A stretch of DNA of 64,000 bases, from positions 124,001 to 188,000 of the forward strand of contig JADEYG010000009.1 of NCBI GenBank assembly GCA_016906335.1, written 5' to 3'. Position 1 is the stretch's first letter. Each line of letters begins with the position of its first letter. This DNA is from Novakomyces olei. Taxonomy: Eukaryota. Below are positions 37,763 through 54,200 of the stretch, one piece after another. Below the pieces are notes generated by a model. The model was not told the origin of the DNA. It saw nothing but the letters and a program-made list of their open reading frames with translations, and did no database searches. Both the position numbers and the translations under genes were made by a program.

Positions 37763-38719
37763 CTACTTTTTGCTTGCGTGAAACTGCAGCAGTTCATCCT
37801 GGCCCAGAGCATGACTATCCATGTGTATAGAGCGCACGTTCCCAAAAAAATCTGTAATTTTCACTTTGTCGAGATCACGATCAAACAAATCTGTTCTAAC
37901 TCCCGGGTGAGAATGAACGAGCTCAGCGTCAAAAGAATCAAAGAAATCTTTCATTGTCAAATTGCTGGCTACGTCCACATTTCGCTCCAAGAAATCAAGA
38001 GCATAATAAGTATAACGATCAATAACAGCAACACCAATATCGTTATCTGCATGATGAGAGTACGAAGACTCGTCCAGCTCTGACGATCCAGCCGCGAGTA
38101 TATTAGGTGATCTAAACTTTGTGTACATTGTATTCGCCTGGCAAGTATCAATCATAAACAGTATTTCGTGGTACCTTCGTTTCTCCCACATTTGCTGTAG
38201 CGCCGTGGCGATATCATACGCAGATATTTCGTCAGAGTCCTGAAATTTCAAAAATTTGTCGCCACCATGGCCCGTCATAAAGATAAAAATGTTTGATCGA
38301 TCATCAGACAGCAGCTGTTTAGATCTGGGAGTGCCCTCACGGACACGTCCGTTCAAGAGACGAAGAAAGTTTTCGACTGTAACTTCATTGCCTCTATAAT
38401 CAACTTCAATATCATCGCCATATAGATCAAGAGCCCTATCAGCGTTATTGAAGACGGTGCCGGGAAAAGAGTTTCGTGGATTGCAAGCAATGTCATCGGC
38501 CAGCATCAGGATTATTTGCGAGTCTGGAATACCGAGCCTTTTGACCGTGCGGTACATGCCTAGCGTATTTGCAATGTGCCGATAATTGTACCAAAAACGC
38601 GAAGTTGACACGAGTACGGCCCAATTGTTTGTATGCGCACTTTCGCCATACTGATTTTGACAGTACGAAAGGGCAATACAAGTGAGTATTGCCAGAATCG
38701 ACAAGAGCCAGCGCATCAT
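37763..38719 (-). CDS. GPI8: GPI transamidase catalytic subunit
   Basis: Signal peptide, HTNNWAVLVSTSRFWYNYRH, catalytic TGHGG and IDTCQA, SYSHH, TDFFGNV. Confidence 0.95.
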   Translation of the reverse strand: MMRWLLSILAILTCIALSYCQNQYGESAHTNNWAVLVSTSRFWYNYRHIANTLGMYRTVKRLGIPDSQIILMLADDIACNPRNSFPGTVFNNADRALDLYGDDIEVDYRGNEVTVENFLRLLNGRVREGTPRSKQLLSDDRSNIFIFMTGHGGDKFLKFQDSDEISAYDIATALQQMWEKRRYHEILFMIDTCQANTMYTKFRSPNILAAGSSELDESSYSHHADNDIGVAVIDRYTYYALDFLERNVDVASNLTMKDFFDSFDAELVHSHPGVRTDLFDRDLDKVKITDFFGNVRSIHMDSHALGQDELLQFHASKK

Positions 38720-39076
38720 CGCGTCGTGTCTTACATCTGCAAACAGCACATGACGGTTGTATTTGAGGATATTAGTAATTAATTAATTAATTAATTTATT
38801 TATTTATTTATTAATTTATTAATGTATTAATTTATTTATTTATTTATTTATTTTTAACCCTAAATAACCCTATTTGTTTTTATGGATCGACCCGTTCAAT
38901 ATTACATCAAGTGCAAATCAAGTGCAATTATTATTCGCGTATAAAAAGTCATCAAATCGAAGTTATGGCAAGCGTACATCCAAGATGTGCGTCATTATTA
39001 TATTCATGTATTATTTTATTTATTTAATATTTATTGGCCTTTATGATATAATAATCCGATCATTTTCATGAATTAG

Positions 39077-40558
39077 ATGAACGATCTCGCTCGACGCGCG
39101 GTTGAACTAGTGCTGACGGCAAATGAAGGCGATGCAATACACGATTGCGGTCGCGACACTGTTACGCGTCTCCGCGTTACTGCACGGCAAACACAAAAAG
39201 CTATAATAACTGAAGGAGGGCCGAATGAACAAGACTGGCAATGTACAGACGCGTCCACGGACGCGTTATTACGACAAGCAGACCAAAACTTTTATGCTGT
39301 GTCATCGGCAAACGTACAAGAGTGCTGGCGCCGACTGTACACTGATGCCTCATTGCTCCGGGCAGCGGCTTTATTACAGCTTTTATACCAGAAAAGACTT
39401 GGTCGGGATAAGGCAGGGGAGAGGCATCCGTCTTGCCAAGGCAGGGAGCTCCATACTAAACGAGAGCAAGGGCAAAATTGGGTCTCGATTTCGAAACAAA
39501 AACCAGAGAAAACAGGAGACTCTGGCGAAGAGAGTCTGTTGCAGAGTATCGTCGACCAGTTGGATCGCTGTATTATTTCCACTACTGGACAAGGCGATGG
39601 CCGTCGTGAATGGATCGAGCGTGTATGGACTTGCTTGGGATCTTGCTACCCGACAGACTGGGAGTATGATTCGTCTATTGCTGATATCGATGGGGATCGT
39701 CTACTGGGAGTCGGGGACAGTGCACTTGGAGACAAATCCAAGACTCGCCAGGCGCCTATAGGCCATGTGTCGGATTTTCCCTGTAAGAATCCGGTGCCTG
39801 CTGTACATAACCCGGCCCCGCACGAGCTTCAGTCTTATATTCTACAGTGTGAACCAGAGCGACTGTCCCCACTCAAAATTACTGGCTCAATTTCGCATTG
39901 GCCCGCACTTTTGCGCTGGCCGCAACCCGAGTACTGGCTGCATCGTACGTTTGACGGACGGCGCCTCGTACCCGTCGAGCTGGGAGCTCGTTACACTGAT
40001 ACGCAATGGACGCAAAAGCTTATGCGCACCAAAGATTTTTTGTATGAGCACATCCTGCAGGCGGAAACAGCCGCTACCATTGGATACATGGCCCAGCATA
40101 GTCTATTCGCTCAAATACTAGGCTTTGAGCAGGATTTTGATATAGAGCCTTTTGCTTTCCTTGACACTTTTGATACTGCACGTCTGCGTGCGCCCATAGT
40201 TAATTGCTGGCTGGGTCCTCCGGGCACCTGCAGCCCCTGGCATCAGGACCCATACTACAACATCCTGTACCAGGTTGCCGGTACAAAGTTGGTGCGGTTC
40301 CATTCTCCCCTGTCAGAAACAGAGCCCTTAAATTTTTGGCCGAATAAAAATTTTGATCCGCATACAAACTCGAAAAACAAATCTGATAATTATTCCTGCC
40401 CACATGCGGAGAATCGTTGTGCAACCATTATGCACACCTATCTGGAGTGCGTTTTGTCACCGGGAGACGCGATTCTTGTTCCACGCGGTTGGTGGCATAG
40501 TGTCGACGCAATTGGAGCAAATCAAATCGTTGCGTCCGTCAACGTCTGGTTCGGGTAG
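39077..40558 (+). CDS. JmjC-domain 2-oxoglutarate oxygenase (JMJD5/KDM8-like)
   Basis: WRRLY, WPAL..W, VPVELG..YT..W.QKLM, GYMAQH.LF.QI, W.GP.GT.SPWHQDP (HxD), G.K, PRGWWHSV. Confidence 0.85.
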   Translation: MNDLARRAVELVLTANEGDAIHDCGRDTVTRLRVTARQTQKAIITEGGPNEQDWQCTDASTDALLRQADQNFYAVSSANVQECWRRLYTDASLLRAAALLQLLYQKRLGRDKAGERHPSCQGRELHTKREQGQNWVSISKQKPEKTGDSGEESLLQSIVDQLDRCIISTTGQGDGRREWIERVWTCLGSCYPTDWEYDSSIADIDGDRLLGVGDSALGDKSKTRQAPIGHVSDFPCKNPVPAVHNPAPHELQSYILQCEPERLSPLKITGSISHWPALLRWPQPEYWLHRTFDGRRLVPVELGARYTDTQWTQKLMRTKDFLYEHILQAETAATIGYMAQHSLFAQILGFEQDFDIEPFAFLDTFDTARLRAPIVNCWLGPPGTCSPWHQDPYYNILYQVAGTKLVRFHSPLSETEPLNFWPNKNFDPHTNSKNKSDNYSCPHAENRCATIMHTYLECVLSPGDAILVPRGWWHSVDAIGANQIVASVNVWFG

Positions 40559-41809
40559 CACTGTCTCACTTTGTAGCACTACGCAAGATGATTGGTCATC
40601 AGTCCTCTTAATCGGGTGGATAAGGCACTGAAAATACCTTTTTGTCCATATCAGGAAGGACCCTTTACTAGTTATGGATATGTGAAACACGTTATTGCAG
40701 GGCCTCTAAAAGGGGCGAGACAAGTGCGCGAAATAAAGACGAGACACTTTTTGGTGTCTCGATCCGTACGACACATCTTGCACTGGCCTAATTTAGCTTG
40801 CCATGTGCACAGTTTCGTCCCAGTAGGGAAGTATATTCTATTTTTGATAGAAATGTAAAACCCTCGTCCCCCCCTCCTTCCCCCTAAGATTGACCAACGG
40901 CTGAATTAAATAATTAAAATAATAAGAATAAAAAAAAGATCTATAAACACATAAAATAGAGACACGCGCTCGTCGCTAAATTAAATTGGCTGCGAATGCC
41001 ATTTAGCAGCAAAGTTCTCGCTCGTTCACGTACCTGTGGCCGTCGTCGCCGTCGCCTCATTTGACTGCGTCTAAGCCCTGCCGCTTAAGCGTTCTAATAT
41101 CGCGTTTTCCCTCGGATCAAGCTGGCCGAGAACACGGCGACTGGAAAGGCAAAGATAGCAAGGAAACCAGTGAGAAAAAAAACGAGAAAAAGCAATAAAC
41201 CAGAGAGACATTTGACGAACAAGAGGACGGAATAACAGTAAAACAAGGCGAAACGTGTCCTTCGTATCGGCCGAGAGTAAGAGCACGGCTCTTGCAGGGA
41301 CAAACGCGTTAGAAGGAAGCCGAGCCGAGTCGGAAGCCGAGCCGAGTCGGAAGACGAGCCGAGTGCCTGTTTGGACTCTAAACTTGACCGATAGGCAACA
41401 CTTGTGTCAGCTCAGGCTTTTGCTTTTCAAGACCACCGTGCTTAAAGTCAGAATAAAAGACTTTACACCGGAACGATTACCGTCGTTAGCTCATATTCAG
41501 TCGGGAGTCTCTTTCGTTTACAAGCTTGTACGGCCAAACAGTTTACAATTTGACGGGTTTAAATCAGAGCCAAATTTAGCGGTCAACGACTTTGGCATAA
41601 AATATCTAGGCTTGGCCAATAGCGTTGGCGACTCGTGAAGATCAGTCTATTCTACTTTTCACTCTACTTTTCAGAACTCTACAAAGTAGTCTTTGCTCTA
41701 TTGCGAGCACGCGCTGCGACATTGTGGCCGCCGAACGCGTTCCCAATTTTGAGAATAAGATAATAATCACGTTAAATCGATCAACAAGCAAAAGCAGCAC
41801 AATGAACTG

Positions 41810-42874
41810 ATGGAGCAGAGACCGGCTGCACACACTCGAGCCGGGTCCGGGGACACAGCTTCCGACCCTGTCGATTCGTCGCTACAGACGATCCTCGAGC
41901 GGTGGAACGGATCAGAGGAAACTTTACGGCTTGTTTTAACTGCCAAAACGGAGCAGGACCGAGTATTGCAAGAGCAATTGCGTTATAGTACGCGTATAGC
42001 GGAACTGGAACTGCTTCAGCAGGTCGTTGCTCACGGAGGTGACGTCAACCAGGCAATTGCTTTTCTACATTCGTCCAATCGGGAGAGTTCCCGACTGCCT
42101 CCGCCGATGCCACGGCCTGCTGCTGCTGCAGTACCGGCAGCGGTTCCGACACAGGCTGCTCCAGTAGCTACTCCGGTAGCTGTTCCGATACCCACGGTAG
42201 AACAGCCGCGCCGCTCTATAAATTATTGGCGGTACCCAGTTCCGATACAGACTGCTGCACCCACAGCAGCACCGGCTCCGTCTCCGTCGCCAGCAGCAGC
42301 AGCGGCCGCTGCTGCTGCTTATGATCCGGTAGCGAACCCAACGAGAGGACGAAGGACGGGAGAGCCTTCAAGCCCAGAACGGTCATTTATTATGGAAGAG
42401 TCTGGGGGCACACGTCTAAGTTTCCATCATTATATGCCCTTCTTCCCTCCACGGCAGACTGTATCTCCACAGCGATCAGCAACGGAAGCAGAGCCGATCT
42501 CACCTTCGCCTAGGCGTCGGCAACAGCAGCCGATAATGACAACGGCATCATCTTCTACGGCACAGGCTCCGGCACAGAGAAGTACGCGAAGGCACACGAG
42601 GCATCGCAGTGAAGCATCAGCACTGCAATCACGGCACGAGCCTTATTGGAGACCTGAAGCGAGCCCGCAGGCGGCAACGAGACCGGGACCGGCACCCGCT
42701 CCGACAAGTCGGGCGGGACAGACTCCGACTGGTAGTCAGGCAGAGACAGAGGAATCGGAAACATTGCCACCGCCCCGGCAGAGAGATCAGCCAGAGCAGT
42801 CATCCACTTCTGCACACTCTTCGAGAGAGGCAGAAGCAGCAGCGACTCTTCTTGGAACATACAGGCGGACTTGA
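41810..42874 (+). CDS. Hypothetical 354-aa protein: short N-terminal helical segment, then Pro/Ala/Ser-rich disordered region
   Basis: GC-rich uninterrupted ORF; LRLVLTAKTEQDR..ELELLQQ helix; C-terminal EAEAAATLL. Confidence 0.72.
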   Translation: MEQRPAAHTRAGSGDTASDPVDSSLQTILERWNGSEETLRLVLTAKTEQDRVLQEQLRYSTRIAELELLQQVVAHGGDVNQAIAFLHSSNRESSRLPPPMPRPAAAAVPAAVPTQAAPVATPVAVPIPTVEQPRRSINYWRYPVPIQTAAPTAAPAPSPSPAAAAAAAAAYDPVANPTRGRRTGEPSSPERSFIMEESGGTRLSFHHYMPFFPPRQTVSPQRSATEAEPISPSPRRRQQQPIMTTASSSTAQAPAQRSTRRHTRHRSEASALQSRHEPYWRPEASPQAATRPGPAPAPTSRAGQTPTGSQAETEESETLPPPRQRDQPEQSSTSAHSSREAEAAATLLGTYRRT

Positions 42875-43656
42875 GCCTGATCAATTGTATTTTTAGTAGC
42901 GCCAAGCGCAATTACCAGTCTAATGATTCATTAATTGCCTGGGCTTGTGGTGCACAAACGTTCTGCTGCGTTTTGTGTTGTGAATATCGGTCAAAGGCAG
43001 TGTATAATAGTGTGAATAATCGATGATAAAACCAGCATGACGGTTTGTTTATCTAATAATTTAATTATTTTTTAACCAAAGCGGTGGACATATCGATAAA
43101 TATTAATGTATGGATGGATACACGTGTATTGATAGTGAATATCGTTGCGACTGAGTCGCACTTTGTAATTGGACTACTATATTATTTTGAATTGTTGTGT
43201 TATTGCTGTCACATTCAGCACAAACACGGCACGTATTTAATGCTGTACGCGCTCTCCGTATATTAACCATCTTCCCGCAAGTAACTTTGCTATTTATACT
43301 TACTGACCGCGATAAGCTCGTATTTGCATAATAGTCTAGAATAAGAAAAACACGCGAATTAAAGAATTAAAGAATTAAAGTTTTCGTCATACTATTCGCG
43401 TCGCGGAAACTCTATACAAAAGACTTGGCCGCCACAATTGGTGGGAGATTAGTGCGATTGTGATTGCCCACGTTTATCGACGCATTTGTAAAGTGCGCAG
43501 TTGTCAGAAGATCCAACAAATTTCCCCGACAAGGCAGGAGGCGACGTGTCAAATAACGGGACCGAAATAGTCAGACTAGTTCAAGCAGGGACGGTCCACT
43601 TGCACCAAAAAAATCGCCAGGAAATCCCGCTTTAGTCTTCTTAGTACATGTCAAAG

Positions 43657-43786
43657 TTGGATTTGGTATAGTTTTGGATTTGGTATAGTTTTGGATTTGG
43701 TATAGGTTTGGATTTTGTATAGGTTTGGATTTTGTATAGTTTTGGATTTGGTATAGTTTTGGATTTGGTATAATTGGAGTTGGTAC
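43657..43786. repeat. 18-bp minisatellite TTGGATTTGGTATAGTTT (about seven copies)
   Basis: Directly visible tandem array with few substitutions. Confidence 0.9.
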
Positions 43787-44210
43787 AAAGACGCAGTACG
43801 AGTGGAGTAGAGGCGCAGAGAATAGTGCCATAGGATTATCCTGTGAACGAATATACCGTATTTTTAAATATATTTTTTGCCATTGCATTCTGCACTGCTG
43901 TACACGCAGTGTATGTAATACGTGTAATCGACTCTAACCTTAACCCTAACTAGATTTATCATCTAAAGTGATAACACAATTGAATTTACTCGTTGGAATC
44001 ATATATTAATTTAAATTATTTTATTCTAATATCTTTATATTAATTATTCTATTTCAATTATTTTATTGTAATATATTTCAATTATTTTGCTTCAATTATT
44101 TTATTCTAATATCTTTATATTAATTATTCTATTTTAATTATTTCATGTTAATCATTTTATTTTGATTAAATTGAAATATTCATGACAGCTCAGGTTTGAA
44201 GAGGACGAAA

Positions 44211-45302
44211 ATGACAACGGCAAATGCCGTCGGCACGGCTGCCGGTGCTAATGAGGCAGCTGCCGGCCCTCAAATCCCACAGTCAATGGCTGAAATGCGG
44301 AGCAAAACAGCAGACGATTTGTTTGCAGAATTAAATCAGCTCCCATTATTTATGACTTCACTGGAAGATCAAGAGGACAATGAACACGTCGAGGCGCTGA
44401 GGGCGTTAGCGTACGAAGGCGAGCCGCACGAGATTGCAGAAAATTTCCGAGTCCAGGGCAATGAGTGTTATGGAGAGAGGCAGTATAATGAAGCAATTAA
44501 TTACTATACAAAGGCCTTGGCAGCAAAGAGCGGCAGGGACGAGTTGGATGCCGCCTGCTTCGGGAACCGTTCCGCCTGTAATTTGGCACTCGGCAATTAC
44601 AGGCGTACAATAAACGACTCGGCTCAAGTGCTGCGGAGGGACACTACGAATATAAAGGCATATTACCGCACAGCCAAGGCTCTAATGGCCTTGCAAAAGT
44701 ATCTGGAAGCAGTCCGGTGGGCAGATGCTGGGCTACGGCAAGTCGAGGGCACGAATGACGCACTAAAACTGCTACGGGACCAATCGGCCCGAGCTGCCGA
44801 AGCGTCGGAACAGCGGGCCGAAGAGCAGCGTCGGGTAGCGGAAGCGGCAAAGCAGGAAACTCAAGCTGTACAAGGCGCAATAAAGGCGCGTGGCTACATT
44901 GTACAAACGTCTCCACGGCCACCAGACTTGGGCGATGTGCGGATAAGATTGGATGGAGAGGCTCTCCTGTTTCCCACTCTTTTGCTTTACCCGCTGGTGG
45001 GAGAGTCGGACTTTGTACAGCAAGTGGGGGACACTACCCCACTCAGGGACACGCTGGATCTCGTGCTCGGGAGCCCACCCGAGTGGGATAAAGACGGGGT
45101 CTATCGGCCGGATAATGTAGCCGCTTTTGCCGCCACTGCAAGTGGAGGGCTCGTACAGATTGGACGTAATATGCCTTTGGCGGCCGTGTTAAGGCGAGGC
45201 ACTTCTACAATGCCTGTGCCTATTGTCGATTCGCTTGTGCGTATACAGATTGTGCCAAAGGCACAAAAGGCCGAGTTTGTTGAGGCGTACAAACGGTCAT
45301 AA
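44211..45302 (+). CDS. CNS1: Hsp70/Hsp90 TPR co-chaperone Cns1/TTC4
   Basis: LNQLPLFMT, EALRALAYEGEPHEIAENFRVQGN, three TPRs, FPTLLLYP..ESDF. Confidence 0.92.
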   Translation: MTTANAVGTAAGANEAAAGPQIPQSMAEMRSKTADDLFAELNQLPLFMTSLEDQEDNEHVEALRALAYEGEPHEIAENFRVQGNECYGERQYNEAINYYTKALAAKSGRDELDAACFGNRSACNLALGNYRRTINDSAQVLRRDTTNIKAYYRTAKALMALQKYLEAVRWADAGLRQVEGTNDALKLLRDQSARAAEASEQRAEEQRRVAEAAKQETQAVQGAIKARGYIVQTSPRPPDLGDVRIRLDGEALLFPTLLLYPLVGESDFVQQVGDTTPLRDTLDLVLGSPPEWDKDGVYRPDNVAAFAATASGGLVQIGRNMPLAAVLRRGTSTMPVPIVDSLVRIQIVPKAQKAEFVEAYKRS

Positions 45303-45344
45303 ATAAGCAATGGACATGAATGTAAAGGTAATTGATGAACCCGG

Positions 45345-45512
45345 AAATAAAAGTAGAATGAACAAAGAATAAGTGAATAAAAGAGTAGAATGAATAAAAG
45401 AATCAGTGAATAAAAGAGTAGAATGAATAAAGAACAAGTGAATAAAAGAGGAGAATGAATAAAAGAACACGTGAATAAAAGAGTAGAATGAATAAAGAAC
45501 AAGTGAATAAAA
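45345..45512. repeat. ~31-bp purine-rich tandem repeat (GTGAATAAAAGAGTAGAATGAATAAAGAACAA-like, about five copies)
   Basis: Directly visible downstream of CNS1. Confidence 0.85.
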
Positions 45513-45806
45513 CAATAAGGGAATAAAATAAAAGCGGAAATGATAGAAACTGGTTTACAAGTCTGAATGATCAACTCCTTACTACTTCCGTGTCCCTGAC
45601 CTTTTGGCGACTCTTGAATAGTAAAATGATATGATTATGCTCAGTGAACGGCGGCATCAAAGTTTGTCCCCATTTGTTTATCAAATCTAAAAGAATACAA
45701 ACTCGAGGCCCGGCCGATTGTCCTGATTTTATTCTTGCCATTATTTCGAATAAGCTACACCTCTCTGCAAAAGAATAAACACTGTAAATTAACCCAAATT
45801 CTCCGC

Positions 45807-50387
<4,581 letters not shown>

Positions 50388-51288
50388 TTTTAAAGAGCGC
50401 AAAGAGAGCGGGAACAAGCCTTTTACTCCGTTCTCCTCCTGTCTTTAAAATTGCCGTTGGATTAGTAAGCCTACCACTGGCAGTCAGCCATCAAAATAGA
50501 GTCGCGCTCCAAGATTGAATAGGCTTTAGCAGTTTACCACAGTCTGCGCGATCTGCCCCGACTCTTTTTCGCTAAAGCTCAGAATGTTATTTAGCTGCTT
50601 TATTTGTTTTTGTCGGTTGCCGTGTTTTTCATCAGGGTTTTCTCACGCGGTCACGTGAATTGTTGTATATAATTACGCGCATTCGTTACTTTAATTGTCC
50701 ATGTAATGGTACTTGCCATATTGTGTGTGTACACTTGCAGTATGATAACGCACAATGCTAAATATATGTTTGTACTGAGCGTTATATAATATTGTTATTT
50801 TAATAGAATATTGCTATAAAATAGAAAATTGCCATATATAATTTAGTCTCACTACATAATCAACGGAACCTTTCACTCGAAGCTCGCCGATTGCTCCTTC
50901 CTTACTTTGTATTTATGCTGGCAAGACTTGTTTAGAGCAGATTATTTCCTTGACTAAGGGTATAAATCGGTATAAACCTCTGTATTACTGAAACCTCAAC
51001 AAATGTGAAGCATGCAGGCATAGAATCAAACAGCTGAACACGCCGAAGAATTGATCTGCCGTCAACCCATTTTTCCAAAAACATCTTGTCAAATATTGTA
51101 TAGTCCTTTTCGCGCAACGCATAGATCGACAATTATGAATTATTAGATATTATAAGAGACGATATATCATGCCGAGTATATACACAAAAACAGTACGCTT
51201 TTAACCAAAACTAAATGAAAAAATATGTAAAAGCGAATTCAAATAAACAGTGAAGACATTGAAAAAAATTTAAAAAGAATATCCATAA

Positions 51289-54200
51289 TTAGCGCTTCTT
51301 TCTCAACTCATCCAGCCGCTTTTTCGCCCGCGCATTGCCCTGACTCGCAGCGCGAACGTACCACGTCCTGGCTTCGTCCAAATTAGCCGTCGGAATCCCC
51401 AATCCCGACTCTATGAAATAGCCGAGAGCATATTCGGCTTTAGCCAAACCCTTTTCAGCGGCTCTTTGAGCCCACAAGAAGGCTTCCCTGTCATTCTGCT
51501 CAAGGAGTCCCTCACACCCCGTGAGATACCATCCACTTAACCCTAATTCGCAATCAGCATGGCCCTGCTCTGCTCCCCGAGCGTACCAAGCAATGCTCCT
51601 TCTCGGGTCGACCGGGCACCCGAGCGACCCGTTTTCGTAACAGTAGCCGAGCCGATACTGGGCCGGGGCATATTGTAGCCTAGCAGCTCGCTTAAAATAG
51701 CCGACGGCCCGTGGTTGGTCAACGGAAACTACTCCGCGACCCCGTTCCGGAGATTCATACAATAACCCTAATTCGTGCAGAGCATGAGGATTCTCATGAT
51801 CGGCTAGAGCAGCCGCTCGTTCTAGAAACCCGAGACCCGCCTGCGGGTCTCGGCCCTGACCAAGAAGCCCGTTCAATTTGATCATGGCCATTTTATAAAC
51901 AGCCGGCTTTTCATCCAATTGAGCGGCCATTTTATAATGCGCAAAGGCCCGTTCTGGATCGGGTCGGGTTCCGGCTCCGATTTCATAACAAACAGCCGTC
52001 CGGTAGATACTCGGAGCGTGTTTCCGTTTCGCTGCTTCTGCATAGAGATGAAAGGCCTTTGCATGGTCCACTGACAAATTCATTTCGCCAGTTCCATAGC
52101 ATTGAGCTAGAAAGAACAAGGCCGGCGGATAAGGATCTTTTCCAGAACAAAGCTTTTTACAAAAATGTAATGCCTCTGCCAGCCAGCGATCTCGGTCTTT
52201 CCGGGCCTTTTTAGCGTCCACCCGTCCTCCACGATCGGAAAGCGTTGCCGCTGCCTCGACCAGCCTCTTTGCATATTCCAAGCGAACAGCTGGATCCTTT
52301 TTATCCGCTGCTTTTTGTAGTCGAGAAAGCTCGGCAAACGTTACCGGCTGCTTAGTTTTGTCCTCAATCACAGAGATACCGGATGAGGTACTGGATTCTC
52401 GAGAGCTCTGCCGGGCCAAACTGCTGTTTTGTGAATCACCAGTTCCTTCTTGCCGGTCCAGCGTCTGTCGCGGAGCAAAATTCCGATGCGGACCGGGTTC
52501 CGATCCGACTGCTGCTGGACCGGAGGGTCTTCCGACAGAAGGTTGGCTCATAAACCGTTGCTGCATCGTCTGAGATTCAGCTCCAAGCGACTGTTGCTGC
52601 GGGTATGGACGACCATAGTTTGAAGGCGGACGTGGACGGCCGTTGGTAAAGGGCATATTATTACTACTGTTTGGCCTTATAGGCCATTGATTTTGATTCG
52701 AGTTAGGGTTAGGGTTAGGGTTATGTGAGCCCGGAGGCCGATTCATCATCATTGGCCGGCCATTCACCATTGGCCTCGGCATCGGCCTCATATTAGGCGG
52801 GTAAGGCCGAGGGTACATGTTGCCTCTAGCATCTACGGGCCTCACTGGCCGTCCCATTGGCGGCCTTCCCGGTCTGAATCCTGGTCTGAATCCTGGTCTC
52901 ATTTCTGGTCTGAATCCTGGTCCAGGTCCCATTCCAGGTCCCAGTTCCGGTCTCAGTTCCGGTCCCAGTTCCGGTCTCGGCCGGATCGCCTGCCGAGCTT
53001 CCTGCCATTGTCTTGAAGGAAACGGGTCAGCCGACACTGCGCCGGAAGGAGACCCGCTCAAGTACTGTTCGTCATAGTGTTTAATAATCTCGTCATAGTA
53101 AGAATCAATATCGTCAGAGAACCCGGTGTACGGGGCAAATGAGCTTTTTGTAGTATTATGACGCGCTAGTCGTGAAGCCTTGGACCGGTTCGGTTTAGAG
53201 TTTAGGGCTACTGAAGGCGCTTCCCCCTGGCCACCAGACGCGATCGGAGACGGATCCGATGAGTTTATATCAAGCTGGTCAATTATATTTGCCGCTATAT
53301 CCTCATTGTACCCCGGAATAACGACTGGTGAAGGTGACCGTTGCGGAACGGAGAAGGGCTGTCGGATTCTGAGCTCATTGATATCGTCATCTCTAGTTTC
53401 TGCTCTTGTCTGTGTCGAGGATGCGTAATCCAATGGGTTCGGCTCACGATCCGATTCATGTGAAATACCTGCCGCTGGCCGATGAGACTGCCGATTCCGA
53501 TCGAGTCCTGGAAACACGGGAAACGCATTGTCAAAGGACGTTTGCGAGTCTGGCGGAGGAGCCATAGACAACAGATCTTCACTCGAGGCCTTTGCAGAAC
53601 GTGCAATTTGTGCAGTATTAAGACTGGAATCAGAGGAGCCTAGAGCCGAAACTGGTGGCGTTTTTTGCTCCTTGAGCATTGCTCGAACAGCGGAAACGCC
53701 GATAGGTGCTACTGCCTCGGCTCTGTCATTGGCTCTGTCATTGGCTCTGTCATTGGCTCTGTCATTGGCTCTGTCATTGGCTCTCGTATCCACTGCTGAC
53801 CGGGCCGCGGGATGAGGAGCACGCGGGATGCGTAGAGGCTCAACCTGCCTCTGACTCGGGATTGCATACTCATCTGGCGCAGCGTGCGCCATAGTCTCTG
53901 TGGGCTGCACAGTCTCATAAACGGGTTCGCGTGGGTAATCGCTGCCGCTGCTATACACCTGCGTATTGTAGTTTTCCTTGTAAGCCGGCTGGTAATTGCT
54001 CACTGGTTTATCGTAATCGTACTCTGTGTTATACGCTGGAGCGTAAGGTGGGTCGTTACGCGTTCCCCCGGCAGACGCGTAGCCTCCATAAGCTTGCGAC
54101 GCGTATGTGGGATTGCCATACTGCCTTAATTGCCGTTGCTGCTGCTGGATTTCTTGCTGCTGTTTGTTCCAACGGTGCCATTCTTCCAGCTCTTGCTGCT

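Noticed and set aside
52702-52723. (GTTAGG)n telomere-like run
   Set aside because: Encodes NPNPNPN inside the Sel1-repeat gene.
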